A stretch of 63,244 nt of DNA, filler included, from Octopus bimaculoides (lineage: Eukaryota): NCBI RefSeq assembly GCF_001194135.2. It is 6 parts of 6 records of this genome, joined end to end, with 100 filler letters (N's around TTAATTAATTAA, not from the genome) between each part and the next. Parts side by side here need not be neighbours in the genome. Positions count along the whole stretch, not along the records: positions 18,808 to 41,516 come from NC_068983.1; positions 41,617 to 48,937 come from NC_068989.1; 4 more parts are not named here. One strand, written 5' to 3'. Position 1 is the first letter of the stretch; the number at the start of each line of letters is the position of its first letter. A program made the translations under genes and the position numbers. This document shows, in pieces, positions 36,816 through 48,659 of this stretch. The notes below the pieces were generated by a model. The model saw only the letters and a program-made list of their open reading frames with translations, searched no databases and was not told the origin of the DNA.

Positions 36816-37231
36816 GTGCAGGAGTGCTGTGTAGTAGGTAGCTTGCTTACCAACCACATGGTTCCGGGTTCAGTCCCACTGCGTGTCACTTTAGGCAAGT
36901 GTCTTCTATAGCTTTGGGCCGACCAAAGCCTTGTAAGTGGATTTGGTAGACGGAAACTGAAAGAGGCCCATCGTATATATGTATATATATATATATATAT
37001 GTATGTGTGTTTGTGTGTCTGTGTTTGTCCCCCCACCATCGCTTGACAACTGATGCTGGTGTGTTTACATCCCCGTAACTTAGTGGTTCGGCAAAAAGAG
37101 GCCGATAGACTAAGTACTAGGCTTACAAAGAATAAGTCCTGGGGTCGATTTGCTCGACTAAAGGCGGTGCTCCAGTATGGCCACAGTCAAATGACTGAAA
37201 CAAGTAAAGGAGTAAAAGAGAGTAAAGAGTA
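36816..37231 (+). mobile_element. Full-length SINE family A (tRNA-like head, internal TA/TG microsatellite, GAGTAAA-type tail)
   Basis: GGTTCAGTCCC B-box-like motif, TTAGGCAAGTGTCTTC; many homologues in the window. Confidence 0.92.
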
Positions 37232-37550
37232 TATATATGTGTGTGTGTGTGTGTGTGTGCATACATATATTTTCATATAAACACCCACAAGCATATGCTC
37301 ACACTAAAATCAACAATATTGGTTCTGTCTTATAAACGAGTTTCCCTTCTGAATTAATCACCTGTGTATAATTGAATTATATCCTGCTCTGAATTACTAT
37401 AAACAGGTGTGTGTGTGTGTGTGTGTATGCACGTGAGTGTGTGTGTGTGTGGAGAATCTGTATATAACAAGCGTCCGGATATCATTGAACATTATATTAA
37501 AGAAACTAGTTGTATATATATAATTCAGTGATATAGATCTATGAATCAGT

Positions 37551-37596
<46 letters not shown>

Positions 37597-37645
37597 ATAC
37601 ACACATGTGCATGTATGTGTATGTTTGTGTGTGTATGTGTGTGTA

Positions 37646-37948
37646 GCACCATCCGAATGTGATCGATGCCAGAGCCGCCTGACTGGCTCCCGTGCTGGTG
37701 GCACATAAAAAGCACCATCTGAACATGGCCAATGTCAGTGCACTCTGACTGGGCCCTGTGCCGGTGGCACGTAAAAAGCACCTACTACACTCTCAGAGTG
37801 GTTGGTATTAGGAAGGGCATCCAGCTGTAGAAACATTGCCAGATCAGTGGAGCCTGGTGCAGCCTTCTGGCTTTCCAGACCTTAGTCAAACCGTCCACCC
37901 CATGCCAGCATGGAAAATGGATGGTAAATGATGATGATGATGATGATA
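37646..37948 (+). mobile_element. Family D copy
   Basis: Same 66-bp units and (GAT)n tail. Confidence 0.85.
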
Positions 37949-37950
37949 AA

Positions 37951-38013
<63 letters not shown>

Positions 38014-38129
38014 TATACATATATATACATACTTTATTAATAAGGCTTCAAAAACATCACAAAAACTGTTATTCTGAGTTTTACATCTCTCTTTCTCTCC
38101 CTAAAGAAAGGCATCATTGAACACTATAT

Positions 38130-38425
38130 TTTCATCGTTATTCATTGATGTTACGTTCTTCATTGGCGTCCTATCATCATCATCATCACCATCACCATAG
38201 CAATCATCATCATTATTGTCATCATTATCTCCATCATCATCATTACCATCATCATAACCATAGCAATCATCTTCATTACCATCCGCCTCTACATCTTTGC
38301 TGTTTGTCGTCATCATTGTTACTACATTCGTCATCATCATCATCACCACCGTCATCATTACCACCATCACCAGCATCCCCACCATCAACAACGACATCAT
38401 TTTCATCATCATCATCATCATCATT
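38130..38425. repeat. Degenerate (CAT)n tract, inverted homologue of 35650-35910
   Basis: Several shared non-repetitive motifs in the same order. Confidence 0.85.
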
Positions 38426-38544
38426 ACACACACACACACAAGTAATAGATAACAAATATCCTGTATGTAAAGCCTCATTTAATCCCCTTTTAATGTTTTA
38501 TTGCTGTTTTTTTATTCCTTACTTTTTTTTTATAGATTAAAGGC

Positions 38545-38729
38545 CCAAGCATGGCTGTGTGGTTAAGTAGCTTGCTTTGAAACCACATGGTTTCAGGTTC
38601 AGTCCCTCTGTCCAGCACTTCGGACAAGTGTTTTCTACAATATCCCTGGGCTGATCATTGCTTTGTCAGTGAATGTGATAAAAAGAAACTATGGAAGCCC
38701 ATTGTTTTTTGTATGTGTGTTTGTATATG

Positions 38730-38762
<33 letters not shown>

Positions 38763-38930
38763 ATGTGTGTGTGTGTGTGTTTGTTTGTATTTGTTGCCTC
38801 TCACTGCTCGATGACTGGTGTTGGTTTGTTTTTGTTCCCATTACTTTGTGGTTCAATAAAAAGCGACTGTTAGTCTATGCATCAGAGTGAAAAACAAAGC
38901 ACAGGGGTTGATTTATTCAGCATTTTAAAT
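38545..38930 (+). mobile_element. SINE family A (diverged)
   Basis: ATGGCTGTGTGGTTAAGTAGCTTGC head and (TG)n. Confidence 0.8.
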
Positions 38931-39259
38931 CTGGGTTTTGTCCCTGTTAACAGGGGTAGCTGGATCTACCTCAATGCCATAGCAACTGAGGTAGGCAGGT
39001 GCAGCCCACCCCCCAACCTTTGGGCTGGCTGGTGCCCATTCTCCTTTGCTTCTTCATTCTCCTTTTGGAGCTGGATTTTCTACGGGGAGCATGCCCTTGC
39101 TTACCCCCAACCTCAGTTTCTAGACATGAGTGGTCCCGAGACCAAGGCCTCTACCACGATTTTTAAGAAATGTGGTGGAAAACTAGCTCAGGAAGGCAAG
39201 GATGCTACTCCCTCAGACCTCTTCTGTAGTCCCACTTCCTGTCTATATATTTTTTTTTA

Positions 39260-39565
39260 ACTGGCACTCCATCACTTATGACAACAAGGGCTCCAGTTGA
39301 TCCAATCAGTGGAACAACCTGTTCATGAAACTGTTGTGCGAGTGGCTGGGTACTCCAAAGACACACATATCCTTAATGTAGTTCTCAGGAAGATTCAGCA
39401 TGATGCAGAATGTATCATGGCTGGACCTTCTGAATTAGAGGTATTACTCATTTTTGCCAGATGAGTTGACCAGAGCAACATGAAATAAAGTGTCTTGCTC
39501 AAGGACACAATGCATTGCTGGGAATTGAACTCATGGCCTTATGATTGTGAACCGAATACCCTAAC
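39260..39565 (-). mobile_element. CORE-like SINE (family F)
   Basis: GAAATAAAGTGTCTTGCTCAAGGACAC and GGAATTGAACTC. Confidence 0.78.
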
Positions 39566-39590
39566 GATGTGTCCTCTATGTATGTAATGT

Positions 39591-39719
39591 ATGGCTGTGT
39601 GGTAAGTAGCTTGCTTACCAACCACATGGCACCTTGGGCAAGTGTCTTCTACTATAGCCTCAGGCCAACCAAAGCCTTGTAAGTGGATTTGGTAGACGGA
39701 AACTGAAAGAAGCCCTTCA

Positions 39720-39788
<69 letters not shown>

Positions 39789-40395
39789 ATTTTTGTGTGT
39801 GTGCCTTTGTGTCTGTGTTTGTCCATTGCTTGACAACTGATGCTGGTGTGTTTACATTCCCGTAACTTAGGAGTTTGGCAAAAGAGACTGATAGAATAAG
39901 CACTAGGCTTACAAAAAATTAAGTCCTGGGGTCAGTTTGTTCGACAAAAGGTGTTGCTCCAGCATGGCCACAGTCAAAATTACTGAAACAAGTAAAAGAA
40001 TAAAAGAATAAAATATATATAGGTGCAGGAGTGGGTGTCTGGTAAGTAGCTTGCTTACCAACCACATGGTTCTCAGTTCAGTCTCACTGCGTAGCACCTT
40101 GGGCAAGTGTCTTCTACTATAGCCTCGGTCCGACCAAAGCCTTGTCAGTGGATTTGGTAGGCAGAAACTGAAAGAAGCCCATCCTATATATATGTTTGTG
40201 TGTCAGCATTTGTCTCTCCCCCGACCATCACTTGACAACTGATATTGGTGTGTTTACATACCTGTAACTTAGCGGTTCAGTAAAAAACAGGAATAAGTAC
40301 TAGGCTTACAAAGAATAAGTCCTGGGGTCGATTTGTTCGACAGAAGGCGGTACTCCAGCATGGCCGCAGTCAAATGACTGAAACAAGTAAAACGA

Positions 40396-40399
<4 letters not shown>
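39591..40399 (+). mobile_element. Tandem pair of family A SINEs
   Basis: Two head-to-tail copies, 39591-40015 and 40022-40399. Confidence 0.9.
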
Positions 40400-40431
<32 letters not shown>

Positions 40432-40884
40432 CTGTATACATTGTATGTGTATATAATATACGAATTATTCTCCATATTTTTGCTGTGTTCTTCTTTTATC
40501 AAGATAATCTTTGTTCCAAATTTACTAACGATGATGTAACAATTCTGCAATTATTCTCACCATTACCATAATGATTACAGGAATTTCTGTGCCATGGCAC
40601 GCATTAAAAACTTAATTTATAATCTCGTTTATACTTATTAGCTGAGGGACAATGCTTTCGTTAACTTATTTGAAGGTTGTTTTTTTTTCCCCGTTACACA
40701 AGATTTTTAATTACAACATTAAGATATTTCAGCTTAACTAAAGGGATTAAAACATTAGTCTATGTAATTAACTAATTAGCTAATTAATCACATATAATGT
40801 TTCTGATAAATGATTATAGCATTTTCTATTACTTCTTCATTCTCTCTTCCCCCCCACACCTCACACTAATTCTCTTGAATTTTC

Positions 40885-41107
40885 TGATTCTTTATCTTTT
40901 GCTTGTTCCAGTCATTGGACTGCGGCCAAGCTGGGGCACTGCCTTGGAGTGCTTAGGTGAACTAATTGCTCCCAGCACGTATTTATTAGGCGTGGTTCTT
41001 TATCAGTTTCTTTTACTGAACTGCTACGTTATGGAGGAAGGGGAATATAAACAAGTCAACACCAGTTGTCAAGCAGGAGAAGACAAATATAGTAAAACTC
41101 ATACTCA

Positions 41108-41198
<91 letters not shown>

Positions 41199-41420
41199 GC
41201 GTTTGTGTATCTGTGTTTGTCCCCCCCTCCCAACATCTCTTGACAACTGATGCTGGTGTGTTTACGTCCCTGTAACTTAGCAGTTCAGCAAAAGAGATCG
41301 ATAGAATAAGTACTAGGCTTACAAAGAATAAGTCCTGGGATCGATTTGCTCAATTAAAAGGCAGTGCTCCAGCATGGCTGCAGACAAATGACTGAAACAA
41401 GTGAAAGAGTAAAAGAGTAT
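40885..41420. mobile_element. Divergent pair of family A 3' halves around (CT)n(AT)n
   Basis: 40885-41095 is on -, 41195-41420 is on +. Confidence 0.82.
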
Positions 41421-41978
41421 ATCATCATCATCATCATCATCATCGTTTAACGTCCGCTTTCCATGCTAGCATGGGTTGGACGATTTGACTGAGGACTGGT
41501 GAAACCGGATGGCAACNNNNNNNNNNNNNNNNNNNNNNNNNNNNNNNNNNNNNNNNNNNNTTAATTAATTAANNNNNNNNNNNNNNNNNNNNNNNNNNNN
41601 NNNNNNNNNNNNNNNNACAACTGATGCTTCTAATGTTCAGCTTTTCTCTCAAGATACTTACACTCTGACGGGTATTCACATTGACATTACACATCCAACG
41701 GAGCATACTGGCTTCATTCCTTGCGAGCTTACGTATGTCCTCAGCAGTTACAGCCCATGTTTCACTGCCATGTAGCATGGTTGTTCGTACGCATGCGTCA
41801 TACAGTCTGCCTTTTACTCTGAGTGAGAGTCCCTTTGTCGCCAGCAGGGGTAAGAGCTCTCTAAACTTTGCCCAGGCTATTCTTATTCTAGCAGCTACAC
41901 TTTCAGCGCACCCACCCCCACTACTAACTTGGTCGCCCAGATAGCGGAAGCTATCGACTACCTCTAGTTTTTCACCGG
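41421..41978 (-). mobile_element. 5'-truncated RTE LINE spanning a padded gap
   Basis: GEKLEVVDSFRYLGDQVSSGGGCAESVAARIRIAWAKFRELLPLL...MLHGSETW; family D 3' end at 41421-41516. Confidence 0.93.
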
Positions 41979-42139
41979 AAATAATGATAATGATGGTAAT
42001 AATGGTTATGGTGGTAATAATGATAATAATAATAATTTAGTCAAAACTCATATTGGATCAGAGGAAATATTAACAATGACAAATAGTAGTCAAAAAATTA
42101 AAATAATAATATTGGTCATGATGATAATAATGAAAGGAA

Positions 42140-42428
42140 GCGGTTGGAATCTCCCGATACTCTGATTGATGACACATCTAGTGATGGTGTCACAATAAAA
42201 ACACTGGTAACTGCGCAACCTGATAATCGCTACGTCATATCAGTGGCAGTGAAAAAACACAATATTGTGAATACTGGTGGTAATGAAACTGAAGCCCTTG
42301 TTGGTGATAGTGTTACACCTAGCAGGCTCAGAGGTACTGGTCCGACTCCAGCCTGTCATTATCCAGCAAGGAACCAGCACACATGGCGTAGATGGAACAA
42401 ACAAATCAATATTGTGGTCATGGAGTGT
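42140..42428 (+). mobile_element. Probable 5' ORF fragment of an R4/Dong LINE
   Basis: PARNQHTWRRWNKQINIVVMEC resembles the R..W...N..(I/V)MEC N-terminal motif of R4-clade ORFs. Confidence 0.6.
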
Positions 42429-44760
42429 TGTTATTATTATTATCATTATTTTAATTCAGGTTTTGTTGGAACTCCTGGAGTCTTGCATTAGTAGTGGGCT
42501 AGCTACCTGCAGCCTACAATACTTTGCTATCTGTACTTTTCAACTATCTAATACTTTTCTGATGATTCTGACTGTGCCAAGGAAGCAAACTTTTTGCAAC
42601 AGCTCTACCAGACACTCTATTCCCATTTCCTCAACACCTTCTGATACTGTCCCCAAGGTCCCAACAATAATTGACACTATCTTCACCTTTTTCATTTTCC
42701 ACATTTGAGCTATCTCACATTTAAGAGAATTGTATGTCTATTATTTTGCCTTCCTTAACTATTTGTGGGCCAAATGGGGTAAGCAACATCACTTATAATG
42801 CACATGTAGTTCACCTTGTTCACCACCACTAGGTCCAGCTTGTTGTGCTCAAGCACTTGGACTGGGATCTCCCTCAGGTCTCAAACTCAGCTACTTGCTG
42901 TGGTTTGTGTTCATACCACGTCTTGCCTCTTTCTAACCCCTACTTTTCACATGGTTTCCAATACAGCACTTTTGCTAGCTCATCATGTCATCACAATTTA
43001 TAATTGTGTGGGGCAGGTCAAGGGCATTCAGTCACAGTGTGGACAATGATTTCATCAAAACTATTACAAATTCAGCACAGTAGAAATACTGGCTCATTTC
43101 TAAGGTTGACCCTCCAATTTGTGGCCAGAATTTTGTCTTGTACTGCAAGTATAGTGGTCACACACTCTCATTTTTAAGTATTCCTTTCTTTAACTAATCC
43201 CACCTATGTTCTCCAGCAACTTCAGTTGTAGCTACATGGAATTGATTGTGTAGTCCCTTGTTGCATAGTTTTTACCTGCTTTCAATATGACTTCATCTCA
43301 AACTGTTACTAACAAAGTTTCCTCACTTTGAGTTAGATATCTCAGCAAGTTCTCATGTTCAATATGCACACAGTCTTTCATACTTATCAGTCCCCTTCCT
43401 TCATTTGCTGTCTTCACATACAGGTAGTCAATGTCTGCATGTGGGGCTTTCTTGTCTTCCTATCCAATTCCTTTAGCTCATCTTATGTCCACTTCAGAAT
43501 TCCAACTCCGTACCAAACCACTGCAACTGCAAGCAAGTTTATTGCTGAAATTATGTTTCTGACATTCAACTTTGAATCCAATGTCTTTTTCAATCACCAC
43601 AGATGCTCTTTCTTCGTTTTTTTTATTTCATGTTCTCATGCTTAATTCCATCTGCCTCAAGTATTCCCAGGTATTTATATCCAGATTCAGGCTCAATTGC
43701 CTTCATCATTTCACCACTTAGCATACATATATCTTCTTTTCAGACAAACTTTCTACATCTCATCACCATCACAGCACATTTTAAAAGTCCAAACTCCATC
43801 TTGATATCATTTGAGAAAATCTGCACAGAATGGACTAGACTGTCCAATTCTGCCTCACAATTTGTGAACAACTTCAAATCATCCATAAACAGCAGGTGAT
43901 TAGTTTTTCTTTTACCACTTCCCCAGCACAAAGATGAGTGGGGATACATTGTCGCCCTGGAAGATTCCTCTCTTCATTTTCACTTATCCAAACATCTGAT
44001 TCCCTGCAGTCATTTCAGTTCGGCAACATTTCATACTGTTCCATATAAAGTTTTCCCTGTTTTCTGCTATTCCATACATTTCCATACTTCTTGTTATTCA
44101 AGAGTGTGCCCATAATATCATATGCTTTATGATAATCAATCTATGCCATCTCAAATTTGTATTCTTCTCTGCTGATTAGCTTGTCAATTAGCTGATCTTT
44201 CGTTCCCCAGCTCTTCTTTTGACAATCTTTCTGTTCAGTCAATAGCAGCCCATTTTTTTTTAAAGTATCAATATAATTTACTGGCCAAAACACCTGACAG
44301 TAGTTTCCACATTAGTGGAAGATACACTATTAGTCAAAAGTTAGATACAATGTTATCCTTTTGAAGGTCCTTGACACATACCAATGCATTTCCCTTTGTC
44401 ATTCAGCTGGGCACTGAGCCTTCCTGCAAGCACTTATCCAACTGTTCTGCTATCCATTCATGGAGTCCATTCACCTTTTTCATCCACTATTCTTGGACAT
44501 CACATGGCTCTGGGCTTGTCTAATTTGGTATTTTACTCATTCTGTATTTATTTTTATGTTGTCTTGATCTTGTATATATTTCTTAACCTATCTTGGATTT
44601 CATTCAACCACTCTGCATTATCATTATGTTCAACAGGTTGATCCCAGATTTCGACCCCAAAAGACCTTGCTTTTGTCAGCATTAAGTACCAATGTTAGGT
44701 GTAATTGCCCAGCTAATTCCTCAAACAGTTTTCTCCGATAGATTTCAAACAATTTTACCT
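42429..44760 (-). mobile_element. Degenerate R4/Dong-clade LINE (RT, zinc knuckle, RLE endonuclease)
   Basis: GTKDQL, IDYHKAYD, IFQGD.VSP, NHLLFMDDLKLF, EFGLLKCA, IVHTVTECP, DLVVV..CIISDVA, IIVGTLGTVS..LLQKVCFLGTVRIIRKVL; (TAA)-type tail; many stops. Confidence 0.92.
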
Positions 44761-45070
44761 ACCTTCCTTCCAAATGTGGGAAAAGTAAAGAACCAACCAA
44801 TTGAGTACTAGAGTTGATGGTATCGACTAACTCCGTCATTTCAGAATGACTGGCCTAGTACCTAAATTAGAAACTATTATTTTTAGTTTAAACTTTTGAG
44901 AGAAGTTAGTAAAATATGCCCGACTGTTGATTTCATCTTGTGTGTGTGTGTTTTTACAAAAATTTCATTGCTTCAATTTTGTGTGTTGTCATACATCTTA
45001 TTCCTGAATAAGCATAATGTTTGGGCTGAATTTAAACCAAGAACCTTCAGATGAGGCCTAAGACAATGTA

Positions 45071-46331
45071 CAAGGTGGATCAGAATTCATGACTCACTTG
45101 TTAGTTATATTTATTAATATGCATGTAAGCACACAAATGTACAAAGTTAATGAATGCACTGTTTAGTTAAATCAGTTTTCCATTTCATGGTCAACTGGGC
45201 TTCTGCTGCAAGACAGGCTTATATCTATATTGAAACATTTTGACATGCTTTACAACACATGTCTACCAGGATTGTTTTACATTCTTGGATAATAACTTGT
45301 TTAAGATGTTCAAGACTGTTAATCTTCTGACAATAGACACGGTCTTTCAGATAACCCCACAAGAAAAGACTGGTGGTGTTAAATCAGGTGAGCGAAGCAG
45401 CCACTCCACAGGCCCTCACCTTCCAATCCAACAATCAATTTTGTTCAGCCAGTGAATGATGTGGGGGAGCACCATCCTGCTGCCACCATAATTCTACAAA
45501 GTTTTTTTGTTCCTTTAACTTAGGGAGAACTTGGTTTTGTAAAAGTTTCAGATATGTGACCCCATTTACGCTATAAAGAATGGCTCCATGAGTCCGTTGT
45601 AACTCACACCTGCCCACACCAAAATGCTAGAACTCTTGTGGTCATACTCAGTTATAATTTGAAGATTTTCTTGTCTCCAGTACACACAGTTATGCTGAAC
45701 AACACTCCCTGAAACATAAAATTTTGACTCATCAGTCCAGGCATGTTCTTCCAATGTTGGGTCATCATTCAACTTGTCCAGCCATTCTTCTGCAAACTGC
45801 AAACGATGATCTGGATCATCTTCCATTAATCCATGAATCAAACAAAGGATATAAGGATACAGTTTCATATCATGGAGCAAACATCTTAAAGAAGTCCTTG
45901 AAATATTCAGAAGATCTGATAAACATCTTGATGACTTGGATTTTTGTGAAGAATTGTCTAACTGGGTTCTCTTTATTTTCATTTGTTCGAACAGATCTTG
46001 GTCATCCTGGTCTTTTTGGGTCCACAATACTACCTGTTTCATCCAAATAACTTATTAATCCTAGCAACAGTCTTTCTCGTAAATGCCAGTGCCCTATAAG
46101 TTGCTTCCATTACTCTGCAGACTTCAGTGATGTCCGTTTTAGCATATAATCTCACACATTGAACACATTACTCCAAGCTTAGCAAAGGATGTGCCATGGG
46201 GTTAATCAAATTCTGTAAAATATTTTAAAAACCTGTTAAACAGATTAAGAAATAAAATATTACAATAACAATAAAATTAGCAAATTAAAAAATATAACTA
46301 ATAAGTGAGTCAGGAATTCTGGCCCACCCTG
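45071..46331 (-). mobile_element. Full-length DD41D-like (rosa/Visitor) Tc1/mariner relic, 1261 bp
   Basis: TIRs TA-CAAGGTGGATCAGAATTCATGACTCACTTGTTAGTTATA / TATAACTAATAAGTGAGTCAGGAATTCTGGCCCACCCTG-TA; WTDESKF, VWAGVS, WWQQDGAPPH, WIGR.GPVEW..RSPDLTP, LWGYLKD. Frameshifts prevent an exact D-D count. Confidence 0.9.
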
Positions 46332-46484
46332 TACATATTTAGAAATGGGAACTTGACAATGGTTAGAGATAAAAGCAATTGAAATATCATGAAAGTGAAA
46401 CACAAAGGATAAAGTTAAATATTTGGAAAGCTTCAATTAGTGTTATTCTTGTTATTAATGTTTTTATTATAATATTTCCAAAAG

Positions 46485-46619
46485 AAATTCTTCTTCAAGA
46501 CTAATCCTGGAGCCCGCAACAATGTAAACTATGGAGACATTTCTGAAAGACTATCTCTGAGAAAATTTTTAGAGTGCCATTCCTTCAAATGGTATTTAGA
46601 AAATGTCTATCCAGAACAG
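46485..46619 (+). CDS. GALNT11: Polypeptide N-acetylgalactosaminyltransferase exon, end of catalytic domain: [45 protein letters not shown]
   Basis: Family motif [22 protein letters not shown]; 135 nt, phase 0/0; donor CAG|GTAAGT. The acceptor is less certain (AAAG| at 46484, or CAAG| giving a start at 46500). GALNT family is near-certain; the GALNT11 label rests on recalled similarity. Confidence 0.9.
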
Positions 46620-46879
46620 GTAAGTGTTTTTGTACCTTTTAGCACTGAATTCTTATGCCAACACAATAACTGTTATTTAATAGTAATTCATAGTATGATA
46701 CATTATCTGCTAATAGTTAGTAATAGTCTTATCTGGGGTAGGCAAAAAGGTAGTCAGTTTGATTTATTCTTTTACTATGCTGGGGTAGTTACACAGGTGG
46801 TATTAGTCAGTTTGGTTTATTCTTTTACTATACCACCTGTGTAACTTCCCCAGTTACACAGGTATTAGATCTGTTTGGC

Positions 46880-47280
46880 AAGCACACTTTCTTCTATTCA
46901 CTGCACCAAAGGATAATATTGGACCTTTCTGTGCTTAACCATCATTCAATACATTCTGTCTTTCCTATAGGATGCCTAAATAATGAGATAGCATCGAGTT
47001 TGTTGTATCTGATATACTCCCACTATCACCCTTTCTGTACTACAAGCCATCACCCCACTCTCAAACCATTTGTTGTTGACATCCATCATTCTCTATTGTT
47101 ATGATGTATCACTCTTTTCTATTACCATGCATCATTTCATCTTTCTCAGAATGGCAAGCATGTTGCTCTCACCATCACATCCCAAATATTCTGTTTTTTC
47201 CCATCAGGTGCTCACTCTACTCACCCACTCAACCTGGTCCATTATCACTTTTTCCTCTCTTCATTCTCTCTTCCTCTCAC
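46880..47280 (-). mobile_element. Possible very old RTE-like LINE fragment
   Basis: Minus-frame remnants such as EKTEYLGC; heavily decayed. Confidence 0.35.
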
Positions 47281-47935
47281 TAAATTGAACAGTTATCACA
47301 GGGTCAAGTGGGTATTTAGTGTTGCCAAGGGTATGACAACTTCTACTATTGGCACCACTATAAAATTCATCCACTGCTCTCTACACAATGTTTACAGAAG
47401 GCATTCAGCTATAGAAACCAAAATTGAAACATACAAGCAAGATGTAGTCCTCCAACTCAACTAGGAGAGCATTAACATCAAATAAGAACTGATTCAAAGT
47501 ATATATAATGACTTTCAAGATTTTTATTGCATTTTACAGCCTACAATCTCTAAAACAAAATGCAATTTGGTCAAGGCTGAAATTTCTAATTATAGGTTTG
47601 CTTGATCAGGGCTAACTTTAGGTGAAACAATAATAATATTATTTGAAAGAAATTAGTAAAGGATCCTCTATGTAGTTACTTCGCCTGATAGAAATAGCAG
47701 CTAAATTTCTCTAAAGCCTTGTACTATCTCAAAAAGGATATACTATTTCTGAAAAAAAAAAAAAAAAAGAGACAAGATGGTCATAGTTGAATACTTTTGA
47801 TCAGGCTTAACTTGGGATAAACATCAACTTTATTTGAATATATTATTATATACTGAGTTACAGTTGTTTCTTACTCTAAGTTACTATTTGATTGAGGTAT
47901 TTATATATTTATCCTATTTGTCATTTTTCAAATAG

Positions 47936-48022
47936 ATCCTGCCAAATTCTGGTAAAAGATCACCCGTTCTTTTAAATCCACCAGTCCATGCAAGACCTCT
48001 GAAACCAAAAGTTGTTGATAAG
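47936..48022 (+). CDS. GALNT11: GALNT exon, linker before the ricin-type lectin domain: ILPNSGKRSPVLLNPPVHARPLKPKVVDK
   Basis: Acceptor TCATTTTTCAAATAG|, donor AAG|GTATGT, 87 nt phase 0/0, in frame with the previous exon; Pro/Lys-rich linker ending PKV like GALNT11 (..PKRPKVLQRGRL). Confidence 0.8.
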
Positions 48023-48499
48023 GTATGTGGTTGTATTGAATAAATGACGAATTTCTCTTGATTCATTGCCTGGTCCTGTGTCCCTTTAGCTGTATGCTTT
48101 CTGTTGCAAACATTCAGTCTACGTCACTGATCTAAAGATAATTTCCTCACTTCCTCCCACCAGTCTTAAAAGTTCTAACAAAAGTCAAAGGTTCTGCCTT
48201 TTTTCTCACCAAGCCATTAAAAAAGAAAAAAACCTTTGCAGCATAAGAAAACAAATATTTAAATGAGAACAAAAGTTATTTCTGTCATTAGCATATTTTG
48301 GTAAATTAGTAGGGTTAATTTAACAAAACTCCGATTTTGGTTGATTTGATTTAATAAAACTTAGTATTTAAATCCATACTAATGCCATTGCTAAACTCTT
48401 TGACAGTTCTTAGCAGCGCCCCTCCCCCTTGGTAAATGATGGGGAGAGCGAGTCATCTTGAAAGATGCCTTATATGATGTTAATACTTATCCCATTACG

Positions 48500-48650
48500 A
48501 TTGTACATTATTTACATTTGACAGATATTTGTCCTCATCTTGTTTGTTGTTAACACAATGTTTCGGCTGATATACCCTCCAGCCTTCATCAGCTGTCTTG
48601 GGGAAATTTCGAACCTGGGTTCTCATTCCTAAGGTATATTTCTATGTTGT
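48500..48650 (-). mobile_element. Penelope-like pLTR fragment
   Basis: Contains a hammerhead core (next feature). Confidence 0.65.
48552..48597 (-). ncRNA. Minimal type I hammerhead ribozyme motif with extra A after A9, partly decayed
   Basis: Minus strand reads GACAG CUGAUGA A GGCUG-GAGGGUAUAU-CAGCC GAAAC AUU GUGUU: intact core and 5-bp stem II; stems I and III each carry one substitution. Confidence 0.7.
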
Positions 48651-48659
48651 TGTTCATCA

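Noticed and set aside
42277-42708. 143-aa plus-strand ORF
   Set aside because: Mostly the antisense of the R4 LINE C-terminus.
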